Shown here one piece after another: positions 10,631-19,091 of a DNA stretch of 64,000 nucleotides. The position numbers and the translations under genes were made by a program. The DNA comes from Roseibacillus sp. (lineage in GTDB: Bacteria > Verrucomicrobiota > Verrucomicrobiia > Verrucomicrobiales > Akkermansiaceae): contig JBPOGI010000006.1 of assembly GCA_051251855.1 (NCBI GenBank), positions 192,001-256,000 of the forward strand, in the 5' to 3' direction. Under the pieces are notes generated by a model. That model was not told where the DNA came from, made no database searches, and worked only from the letters and a program-made list of their open reading frames with translations. Position 1 is the first letter of the stretch. Each line of letters opens with the position of its first letter.

Positions 10631-11191
10631 ATGAGCGAACTCCTAACAGAAGAGCCTCCCATCAAGAAACGTTCTGGGCGTTCCAAGGTGGTCACTATTG
10701 CGGTAGCATTCTTTGTTCTTTTTATCCTCGTTGTTGTCCCGATTATTGTGGGAATCAGCCACTGGGCTCGGGGGAATGCTCGGCTGCAGAAGTGCCGTGT
10801 TCAGATCATGCTTTTCGAAAATAAGCTTCAAGATTACGAGGCTGATTACGGTAATTTTCCACCCGGAGATGGCTCAGACAAGAGTTCTCGAGAGTTATTC
10901 AAAGCATTCTACCAACATGGGATTTTGCACGACTCCAAAGTGTATATGCCGGAGCTGGACCCAAAATTGAGCGACCAGTTTGAGAATCAGATCGAGGGCC
11001 TGAAGATTTTGGATCCTTTTGAGAATGGGAGACCTTTTTTCTATCTCCGCTCTGTGGATGAGGATGGAAATATGATTAAGGATGCTCACAACCCCGATTT
11101 CGATCTCTGGTCAGTGGGGCCAGATGGAAAGGGAAGGGGAGATTCGGGAGCGACTACGGAAGACTTCGCCGATGATGTTACCAACTTTTAG
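10631..11191 (+). CDS. Pilin paralogue lacking the prepilin cleavage motif
   Basis: Body closely similar to the upstream pilin (KCRVQ..LFENKLQ.YEAD.G.FPPGDG, KVYMPELDP, NPDFD.WS.GP.G); the N-terminus has no GFTLxE. Confidence 0.85.
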   Translation: MSELLTEEPPIKKRSGRSKVVTIAVAFFVLFILVVVPIIVGISHWARGNARLQKCRVQIMLFENKLQDYEADYGNFPPGDGSDKSSRELFKAFYQHGILHDSKVYMPELDPKLSDQFENQIEGLKILDPFENGRPFFYLRSVDEDGNMIKDAHNPDFDLWSVGPDGKGRGDSGATTEDFADDVTNF

Positions 11192-11349
11192 CTCAAGAGT
11201 ATTCTTCGGGTTTAGGGCTGTTTTTACGTAAAGCTGGTCTCCTTAGCACATACTCTTGAGGGAGGATGAGGCCTCATGCCCAATCTTCGACGAAAGAATC
11301 GGGGCCTACCTCTCGAATTAATAGCGTTCGATCTCGATTCCTTGTTCTC

Positions 11350-14300
11350 ATGCGAAGCCTTCTTTTACTCACATTTGTTGTCTCTTCCTCAATTTGTCCA
11401 GGGGAGGAAAAAGGAGAGATCGATTTCAATGATCATGTGCAGCCGATTTTGTCGGAGTATTGTTATCATTGTCACGGCCCTGATGGTTCAACGAGAGCCC
11501 CGAATGCCGATAAGGGCGGGCAGCCACTGCGACTGGATCGGGAGGGAGATGCATTTGAGGTGAGGGAAGATTTAGGGGTTCCCGTGATTCTAAAAGGTGA
11601 TCCGGAGAATTCGGAGCTGATGATTCGGATTCTTTCGGACGACAAAACGGATATTATGCCGCCGCCAAAGGCGCATAAGGTGATGAAGGAAGAGGAGATT
11701 GAAGTCCTCAGACAATGGATAGCCGAGGGCGCGCCGTATGAGGAGCACTGGTCTTTCACAAAACCGGAGAGACCTACAAAACCAGAGCTTTCGGATTCAT
11801 CACAGAAGTGGGTGGGCAATGGCGTTGATGCTTTTGTGGCGTATCGACACGAGAAAGAGAGCTCTACCCCAAATCCTGCTGAAGAGCCGGGGCGTTTGTT
11901 GAGAAGATTAAGCTTGGATTTGACGGGCCTTCTGCCAACTGCCGAGCAATTGGCCGCCTGGGAGGGGAACGTGGAGAAGGCGACGGAGGAGCTGTTAGCA
12001 ACGGATGCTTATGCGGAGCACTTTACCAGGCATTGGTTGGATGCCGCTCGTTATGCCGACACCCATGGTATTCATATCGATAATTATCGTGCGATTTGGC
12101 CCTACCGCGACTGGGTAATTGAAGCTTTTCGGCAGAATATGCCTTTTGACCAATTCACGCGTGAACAGATTGCGGGAGACTTAATGCCTGAACCAACTCT
12201 GGAGCAGGTGATTGCCACTGGGTTTGGACGATGTTTGCCGACGACAGGCGAGGGCGGCGCAATTGCAGAGGAATGGGAGGCGATCTATGCCCAAGAGCGA
12301 GTGGATACCGTTTCTGCGGTTTGGTTAGGTTTGAGCACGGGTTGCGCGGCTTGCCACGATCACAAATTTGACCCCATCACCCAGAAAGATAATTTCGCCT
12401 TCTCAGCCTTCTTTCGTAATACTTCGATGGCGGCGTTGGATAGGAACAAGGCGGAGCATCCCCCCAATATTTTTGCGCCGCTGATCGAAGACCGGGGGCG
12501 ATGGAAGGAGTTAGAAAGTGAATTGGCAGTGGCTCAGGACGGAGTCACTCAGCGCTCCAAGGCAGCGGATCCAGGCTTCGTCGCTTGGGCTGAGAAGTTG
12601 AGAAAGGATGGGCTGAGCGAAGGCGAACAGCAGCCTTCAACATTGGAGGAGGGGTTGGTGTTGAGTCTTGGCCTAAATCAAGATGGAGACGAAATCGAGG
12701 GGTCAATCAAGGGCGAGCGAAAGAGTTGGAAGGCATCGAAGCGAAAGTTTCGCGATGGCCCTTTGGGGCCGGCTACGATTGTCAATGATTCGGGAATCGC
12801 ATTGGGTGATGTAGGCAATCTCAATGCCCAAGGGCAGGCAAGCTTTGGAATGTTGATTTATTACGAGGGTAAGCCCAATGGCCCTATCATCGCAAAAATG
12901 GACCAGCAGGCCAAGTATCGGGGGTGGGATTTTTGGATGGAGAAGGGGCGCTTGGCCTCCCATCTTCTTGATGAGTGGACGGACAAAGGCTACAAGGTAG
13001 TCTCGAACAAAGTTTTGGAGGCAGGGAAATGGCATCATGTGATGGTGACCTATGATAGTGCCAAGCCAGCTGATAAGCGGGTGACGATGCATCTGAATGG
13101 GAAGGTGTTGGCGACCAAAGCGAATCCCAATACGGCAGGAGACAGTTTTGAGACGACGCAGGTATTACGATTGGGTGCGCGTTCTCATGGCCAGAAGGTG
13201 ACTGGGGGCACGGTGGCGATTCAGGATTTTCGGATCTATGACCGCGTTCTCAGCGCAGGTGAACTGATGACATTAGCTGACTCAAACAACTTTGTGCCAT
13301 TGAATGTCGCGGCGACCACGCCATTGAATGAGATGAGTAAAATTCAGCAAGATGCTTTGCGTCGTCACTACTTGAACAAGCATGACGGGGCTTATATCGA
13401 TCTGAAAAAGAAAGTTGCGAAGTTGGAGAAAGAGCAGAATGAGCTCCGCAAGAGAGGGAGTGTGACTTTGGTGATGGATGATCGAAAGAACCGTGAACCG
13501 TTTGCCCATGTGTTGACGAGGGGAGACTATCGCCAGAAGGAAGAAAAGGTGTCGCCAGCAGTTCCTGGAGTTCTGCCGGCTCTACCGTCTGATGTGAAAG
13601 CCGACCGCTTGGCGCTTGCGAATTGGTTGGTGAATCCTGAGAATCCGCTGCCAGCTCGAGTGACGGTGAATCGGATTTGGTATTACTTTTTCGGGACAGG
13701 TTTGGTCGAAACAACAGAGGATTTCGGGATTATGGGAGCTCGTCCGACTCATCCTCAGCTTTTGGATTGGTTAGCGGTCGAATTTGTGGAGTCAGGTTGG
13801 GACCTCCAGCATCTTGTTCGGTTAATTGTGAACTCCAAGACCTACCAGCAATCGGGGAAGGGGACGCCGGAAGCGAGGGAGAAAGACCCAGACAATCGTT
13901 TTCTCGCTCGGGGGCCGCGGTATCGATTGGATGCGGAGCAGATTCGCGATTTGGCCTTGGCGTCTTCGGGATTGTTAGTGGAAAAGGTGGGAGGTCCTTC
14001 GGTGAAGCCCTATCAGCCGAAAGGAGTTTGGTCAGCAGTGGCGATGAATAATTCAAACACTCGTTATTATAAGGAGGATAGCGGGGATTCGCTGTTTCGA
14101 CGTTCGGTTTATACGTTTTGGAAACGGACCGCTCCCCCGTCGTCGATGGATCTCTTTGATGCTCCCTCGCGAGAAGCTTTTTGCGTGAGGCGAAGTCGAA
14201 CGAATACTCCGCTGCAGGCTTTCGTGTTGATGAATGATCCGCAGTTTGTTGAGGCTTCTCGTCACTTGGCCCAACGAGCACTGCTGGCTGATGAAGAGTT

Positions 14301-14547
14301 TGAGAAGAGGGTGAATCATATTTATCAAGCTTTGCTCTCGCGGAAGGCACGGGCGAGTGAGGTGGAGATTTTGGCAGAGAGTCTAGCGGCGATTGAAGTG
14401 AGCTTTCAGGAGGACGAGAACAAGGCTAAGGAGTTGTTGGAGGTGGGGGCTACTCATTACGACTCGAGTCTTGAGCTTGCTGAGTTTGCGGCTTGGACGG
14501 TGCTCGCTTCGCAAATTTTGAACCTCGACGAAACCATTACCAAGTAG
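11350..14547 (+). CDS. Planctomycete cytochrome c / DUF1549 / DUF1553 protein with a LamG-like insert (start may be 11266)
   Basis: CYHCHG, HWSF, WLDAARYADTHG, CAACHDHKFDPI, NPLPARVTVNRIW and TNTPLQA; WHHVMVTYD LamG motif. Confidence 0.88.
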   Translation: MRSLLLLTFVVSSSICPGEEKGEIDFNDHVQPILSEYCYHCHGPDGSTRAPNADKGGQPLRLDREGDAFEVREDLGVPVILKGDPENSELMIRILSDDKTDIMPPPKAHKVMKEEEIEVLRQWIAEGAPYEEHWSFTKPERPTKPELSDSSQKWVGNGVDAFVAYRHEKESSTPNPAEEPGRLLRRLSLDLTGLLPTAEQLAAWEGNVEKATEELLATDAYAEHFTRHWLDAARYADTHGIHIDNYRAIWPYRDWVIEAFRQNMPFDQFTREQIAGDLMPEPTLEQVIATGFGRCLPTTGEGGAIAEEWEAIYAQERVDTVSAVWLGLSTGCAACHDHKFDPITQKDNFAFSAFFRNTSMAALDRNKAEHPPNIFAPLIEDRGRWKELESELAVAQDGVTQRSKAADPGFVAWAEKLRKDGLSEGEQQPSTLEEGLVLSLGLNQDGDEIEGSIKGERKSWKASKRKFRDGPLGPATIVNDSGIALGDVGNLNAQGQASFGMLIYYEGKPNGPIIAKMDQQAKYRGWDFWMEKGRLASHLLDEWTDKGYKVVSNKVLEAGKWHHVMVTYDSAKPADKRVTMHLNGKVLATKANPNTAGDSFETTQVLRLGARSHGQKVTGGTVAIQDFRIYDRVLSAGELMTLADSNNFVPLNVAATTPLNEMSKIQQDALRRHYLNKHDGAYIDLKKKVAKLEKEQNELRKRGSVTLVMDDRKNREPFAHVLTRGDYRQKEEKVSPAVPGVLPALPSDVKADRLALANWLVNPENPLPARVTVNRIWYYFFGTGLVETTEDFGIMGARPTHPQLLDWLAVEFVESGWDLQHLVRLIVNSKTYQQSGKGTPEAREKDPDNRFLARGPRYRLDAEQIRDLALASSGLLVEKVGGPSVKPYQPKGVWSAVAMNNSNTRYYKEDSGDSLFRRSVYTFWKRTAPPSSMDLFDAPSREAFCVRRSRTNTPLQAFVLMNDPQFVEASRHLAQRALLADEEFEKRVNHIYQALLSRKARASEVEILAESLAAIEVSFQEDENKAKELLEVGATHYDSSLELAEFAAWTVLASQILNLDETITK

Positions 14548-14551
14548 CGCT

Positions 14552-16006
14552 ATGAACAATCTACAAGACTACAATGCTCAGGTGTCCCGCCGCCAATTTT
14601 TTCGAAAGGGAGGAACTGGGTTGGGAGCCGCGGCTCTCTCTTCGCTTTTGCCACGGGAAGCTTTGGCGATTGGTGATAGCAAGGACTTCGACTTTCGAGC
14701 GATTGCTCCGAAGGCGAAGCGGGCGATTTATCTTTCGATGGTAGGAGCGCCCTCACAGATGGAGACTTGGGACCCAAAGCCGCACCTCCGTTCCGAGTTT
14801 AAGAAGGATTTGACGGGCTATTTGAAGTCTCAAGGGGAGCGCTTGACTGGGATGACGGCGGGGCAGTCTTCGTTTCCTTTGGCGCCTTCGGCTTTTGATT
14901 TTGAGAAGAAGGGGCAAAGTGGCATCGATGTCAGTGAGCTCTTTCCCTATACTGGAAAGGTGGTCGACGACCTCTGTGTGATTCGTTCGATGTATACTGA
15001 GGCCATTAATCATGAGCCGGCGAATCAGCTTTGTTTTACGGGTAATCAGGTCGCGGGTAAGGCGTCGCTGGGCTCTTGGTTGAGCTATGGCTTGGGAAGT
15101 ATGAATGAGAACTTACCCTCCTTCGTGGTTTTACACGCGCGGCATAGCAACCCGGCGGCAAATGTGCAGGCGATTTCTAATCGGCTTTGGGGTTCGGGTT
15201 ATCTGCCGGGCAAGTATGCGGGGGTAGAGTTGCGCTCCGTGGGCGATCCGGTGCTCTATTTGAAGGATGCGCCTGGGATTGACCGAGAGACTCGGCGACA
15301 CATGTTAGATGGTTTGGCGAAGTTGAATCAAGAGTCGTTGGAGCTGGTGGGGGACCCGAATATTCAGACGCGGATTTTACAATATGAGATGGCGTTCCGA
15401 ATGCAGGCTTCGGTTCCGGAGTTGACGGACCTGTCGAGTGAGCCGGAGTCTTCTTTCGAGCTCTATGGGGAGGATAGTCGTAAGCCGGGAACGTTCGCCG
15501 CTTCTGCTTTGATGGGAAGGCGACTGCTGGAGCGCGGAGTTCGTTTTGTGCAGGTCTTTCACCGCGGGTGGGATCAGCATGGGAGTCTCCCTCAGCATCT
15601 ACCGGATCAGTGCCGGGATGTGGATCAGGGGTGCTACGCTTTGATTTCTGATCTGAAGCAGAGAGGAATGTTAGACGATACCCTCGTGATTTGGGGAGGT
15701 GAGTTTGGACGCACGATTTACTCGCAAGGAACTTTAAACGAGAAAACTTATGGGCGTGATCATCATCCCCGCGCATTTTCTCTCTGGATGGCGGGCGGTG
15801 GAATCAAAGGTGGAATGGTGCACGGGGCGACGGATGAATATGGTTACAACATCATTGAAAAGCCGGTTCATATCCGTGACTTGCATGCCACTATTCTCCA
15901 TCAGCTAGGGGTCGAGCATGAGCGCATGACTTACAAGTATCAGGGGCTGGACCAACGCCTGACAGGAGTGGAGCATGCGAAGGTGATTCAGGATATTTTA
16001 GCTTGA
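14552..16006 (+). CDS. DUF1501 family protein
   Basis: Tat-like SRRQFF, GAPSQMETWDPKP, RRLLERGVRFVQ, WDQH, GEFGRT and GRDHHP. Confidence 0.92.
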   Translation: MNNLQDYNAQVSRRQFFRKGGTGLGAAALSSLLPREALAIGDSKDFDFRAIAPKAKRAIYLSMVGAPSQMETWDPKPHLRSEFKKDLTGYLKSQGERLTGMTAGQSSFPLAPSAFDFEKKGQSGIDVSELFPYTGKVVDDLCVIRSMYTEAINHEPANQLCFTGNQVAGKASLGSWLSYGLGSMNENLPSFVVLHARHSNPAANVQAISNRLWGSGYLPGKYAGVELRSVGDPVLYLKDAPGIDRETRRHMLDGLAKLNQESLELVGDPNIQTRILQYEMAFRMQASVPELTDLSSEPESSFELYGEDSRKPGTFAASALMGRRLLERGVRFVQVFHRGWDQHGSLPQHLPDQCRDVDQGCYALISDLKQRGMLDDTLVIWGGEFGRTIYSQGTLNEKTYGRDHHPRAFSLWMAGGGIKGGMVHGATDEYGYNIIEKPVHIRDLHATILHQLGVEHERMTYKYQGLDQRLTGVEHAKVIQDILA

Positions 16007-16009
16007 GTG

Positions 16010-16474
16010 CTAAACATCGATCACTTTCCCCGAGACGGACTTTGCTTGGCTGGCTTCGTCATCTGGGATGGGCTCGAAGTCGGGGTCGAGAGGGTTTCCG
16101 CCAACGGAGACGTTGACCTTCTTGGCTAACTTTTCGGTGAGGATTCCGCGAATGACGGCCCGAATGGGGGGAAGGAGGAGCGAGAAGCCCACGGCGTCGG
16201 TGAGGAAGCCGGGGGTGAGGAGGACGGCGCCAGCAATAAGAATGAGAAGTCCGTCGACCATTTCCTTATGGGGCATTTTACCCATGGCGAGTGCGTTTTG
16301 AAAGTTGGCGAGGGCTCGGCCTCCTTGGGATTTGGTGAGGGCGGCTCCAATGAATGCGGTGATCACGATAATTACCAAGGTCGCGGGGAGCCCGAGGTGT
16401 TTCCCTAAGAGCATGAAGAGCGAGAGCTCGATGATGGGAACGATGATGAAAAGGAGGAGAAGGCGGGTAAACAT
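16010..16474 (-). CDS. fxsA: FxsA family membrane protein
   Basis: FIIVPIIEL and AGAVLLTPGFLTDAVG motifs. Confidence 0.9.
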   Translation of the reverse strand: MFTRLLLLFIIVPIIELSLFMLLGKHLGLPATLVIIVITAFIGAALTKSQGGRALANFQNALAMGKMPHKEMVDGLLILIAGAVLLTPGFLTDAVGFSLLLPPIRAVIRGILTEKLAKKVNVSVGGNPLDPDFEPIPDDEASQAKSVSGKVIDV

Positions 16475-16563
16475 GACTTTGTGACGAGGTTGTCTGCGAA
16501 CTGTTCTCTCCTTTGAGGCTTTTGGAAAATGGAAAGATGAGCTGATTTTGGAATGAGCGGATA

Positions 16564-17508
16564 TCAGAGGGGAACGGGAGTGTCGGTGAGGATTTGTTCG
16601 ATGATGCCGGCGTTGGTGAGACCTGAGAATTTGGCATCGGGTTCGAGGACGAGACGGTGGGCGATGACGGGGATGGCGAGGGACTGAATGACCTCGGGGG
16701 TGACGAAGTCGCGGCTGTTGAGCAGGGCCATGGCTTGAGCGGTATGCATGAGAGCGAGAGAGGCACGGGGCGAAGCGGGAAGTTTGACCTTTTCGGCACT
16801 GCGGGTGGCATTGACGAGGCTTACGATATAGTGCCGGACTTCGTCAGTGATGGTGACCGCGCGGGCGAGCTGACGGATGGCGAGGAGGTCTTCGCGGCTA
16901 CAGACGGAGGTGAGGTCTTCGAGAGGGTGACGAGTTTGCTGCTCGGAGAGGAGGGCGACTTCTTGTTCGACAGTTAGGTAACCGAGGTCGCATTGCATGG
17001 CGAAGCGATCCATTTGTGCTTCTGGAAGAGGGTAGGTGCCTCGGAATTCGACGGGGTTCTGGGTGGCGACAACGAAGAAAAGTTCGCCGAGGTCGTAGTG
17101 GCGGCCTTCGATGGTGGTTTGGCCCTCAGCCATAGCTTCGAGAAGGGCCGATTGGGTGCGGGGGGAGGCACGGTTGATTTCGTCGGCAAGAAGGAGGTCG
17201 GTGAAGATGGGACCTTGGTGAAAGTTGAATTCGGATTTGGAGGGGTCGAAAACAGAGACCCCGAGGACGTCGGAGGGGAGAAGATCGGGCGTGAATTGCA
17301 GTCGCTTAAAGTTCATGCCGCCAACTGCTTGAGCGAGGGCCTTGGCGAGAGTGGTTTTGCCGGTGCCGGGATAGTCCTCGAGAAGAAGGTGGCCGCCGCT
17401 GATGAGGCAGGCGAGCACTTGACGCACAGCTTCGTCTTGGCCCCGGATTACGGTGGAGATTGCGGCTTCGATTTGATGGAGGGTCTTGGTGGCCTCGGCG
17501 GTCGTCAT
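16564..17508 (-). CDS. MoxR family AAA+ ATPase
   Basis: GHLLLEDYPGTGKT, QFTPDLLPSD, LADEINRA, ATQNP, GTYPLPEAQMDRF and SPRA. Confidence 0.93.
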   Translation of the reverse strand: MTTAEATKTLHQIEAAISTVIRGQDEAVRQVLACLISGGHLLLEDYPGTGKTTLAKALAQAVGGMNFKRLQFTPDLLPSDVLGVSVFDPSKSEFNFHQGPIFTDLLLADEINRASPRTQSALLEAMAEGQTTIEGRHYDLGELFFVVATQNPVEFRGTYPLPEAQMDRFAMQCDLGYLTVEQEVALLSEQQTRHPLEDLTSVCSREDLLAIRQLARAVTITDEVRHYIVSLVNATRSAEKVKLPASPRASLALMHTAQAMALLNSRDFVTPEVIQSLAIPVIAHRLVLEPDAKFSGLTNAGIIEQILTDTPVPL

Positions 17509-17612
17509 GTGAAGGGAGCTTGGAGTCCGAAAAGGAGGGAGGCAATGTCTTTTGAAAAGAGGAATATGGCTCGAAGCTTGCGATGTGACGGGGGTGGGCT
17601 ACCCTAGGGGCT

Positions 17613-18278
17613 GTGAAACGATTACTTTTCTTTCTATCAGCGCTCCTGATTGGCTGGTTGGGTGCCTATGAGGTGCCTCAGGGCGTGTTGAGTGTAAGCG
17701 AACTGGAGAAAGTTCAACAAAAGGCTAAGGAGAGCGGCAAGCCAGTGGTGTTGGTACTAGCCATCAAGACGCAGCCGGAAACGTGAGAAGATTGTCCAGG
17801 CACCATCAGTTCGTTGGTGAGTAAAGAGGTTTTAGGTTGGTCTCAACCGGTGGCGATTGACCCTTCGGAAGTTTTAGCTTTGCCGTCGGAGGTCCGCACG
17901 GTGATCAAGAGCAAGGTGGGAGTGACGCCCAAGATATTCGTGATGAATCCGAGTCTGACGGAGAGCTATGGGGAGTTCAATTATGAGGAATTGAAGGGGA
18001 GGAACTGGAGCAACATTTTTAAGGAGGCCAAGGGAGCAGTGCGCGTGGCGGTGAGCGGCGGCACTTTCGTGAAGGCAGGAAAGGTGGTGAAGATTGCAGA
18101 CTCGAAAGTGGAGAAGTGGCAAAGCGCGGCCGGTTCGGCAATTGAAGCGAAGTTGGTATCGATTGAGGATGATGAAGTGTTTGTGTTCGAGACGGCAGCG
18201 GGGAAGACGATTCGCGCGACGGCCGATAAGCTGAGCAAAGAGTCGGTCAAAAGAGCGCAAGCTCTCGCCACAGAATAA
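17613..18278 (+). CDS. Candidate selenoprotein: signal peptide, thioredoxin-like UxxC domain and C-terminal SHD1-like domain
   Basis: GTG start at 17613; reads ...KESGKPVVLVLAIKTQPET-[TGA 17784-17786]-EDCP and continues in frame into the 17814..18278 ORF. Confidence 0.72.
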
Positions 18279-18279
18279 G

Positions 18280-19089
18280 GTGAAAAAGAGTGGTTGGCGC
18301 TACTGGGTCTATCGAGCTGTTCGAATGCTCGCTTTCGCTTATGGAACGGTGGTGCTCTATGCGTGTACGATGGCGGACCGCATGATTTTTATGCCCCCAG
18401 AGGCGAGTTACGCTCCTGAGGAAGAGGGAGCGGTGATTTTCGGCGACCAAGGGGAGTTTGCGGGCTTCTATTTTCCCGCTCCGGATGCAGAGGCTCCTAC
18501 TTTGTTGTGGGCCCATGGCAATGCTGAGGATGCTGGCCATGCACGGGGTCTTGCTCGCGGGTTTCAGGCGGAAGGGGTGGGGGTGATGATTTATGACTAT
18601 CCCGGCTACGGACATTCGAAAGGGAAGCCAAGTGAGAAGGGGGCCTATCGCTCGGCGGAGGCGGCTTTTGATTTCGTGACGCGTGAACAAGGTCGAGAGC
18701 CTAAGAGCGTTGTTTTACTTGGGCAGTCGGTCGGAGGGGGGCCTAGTGTTTATCTCGCGGAAAAGGGGGAGGCTGCGGGGTTGGTTTTGATTTCGCCGTT
18801 CAAGTCTGCCTTTCGAGTGGTGACTCGGGTGAAGATTCTTCCTTGGGATCGTTTTGATAATTTAAAGCGAATGAAGTCAGTGGAGCTTCCGCTGCTGGTG
18901 ATTCATGGAAGCGAGGATGAGGTGGTGCCTGCTTCTCATGGGGAGGCGTTGCACAAAGTGCACGAGGGAGAGAAAAAACTGCTGCTCTTGCCAGGGGTGG
19001 GTCACAATGACCTCTGGCCGCTCGCGAGTGAGAAGGTGTTGAGTGAGGTTATCAAGTTTTCTCGAAAAGTGGTGCGGCCGCTCCAGTGA
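18280..19089 (+). CDS. Alpha/beta hydrolase (ABHD17/BEM46-like)
   Basis: HGNAED, YDYPGYGHS, GQSVG nucleophile, HGSEDEVVP and GHND. Confidence 0.9.
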   Translation: MKKSGWRYWVYRAVRMLAFAYGTVVLYACTMADRMIFMPPEASYAPEEEGAVIFGDQGEFAGFYFPAPDAEAPTLLWAHGNAEDAGHARGLARGFQAEGVGVMIYDYPGYGHSKGKPSEKGAYRSAEAAFDFVTREQGREPKSVVLLGQSVGGGPSVYLAEKGEAAGLVLISPFKSAFRVVTRVKILPWDRFDNLKRMKSVELPLLVIHGSEDEVVPASHGEALHKVHEGEKKLLLLPGVGHNDLWPLASEKVLSEVIKFSRKVVRPLQ

Positions 19090-19091
19090 AG

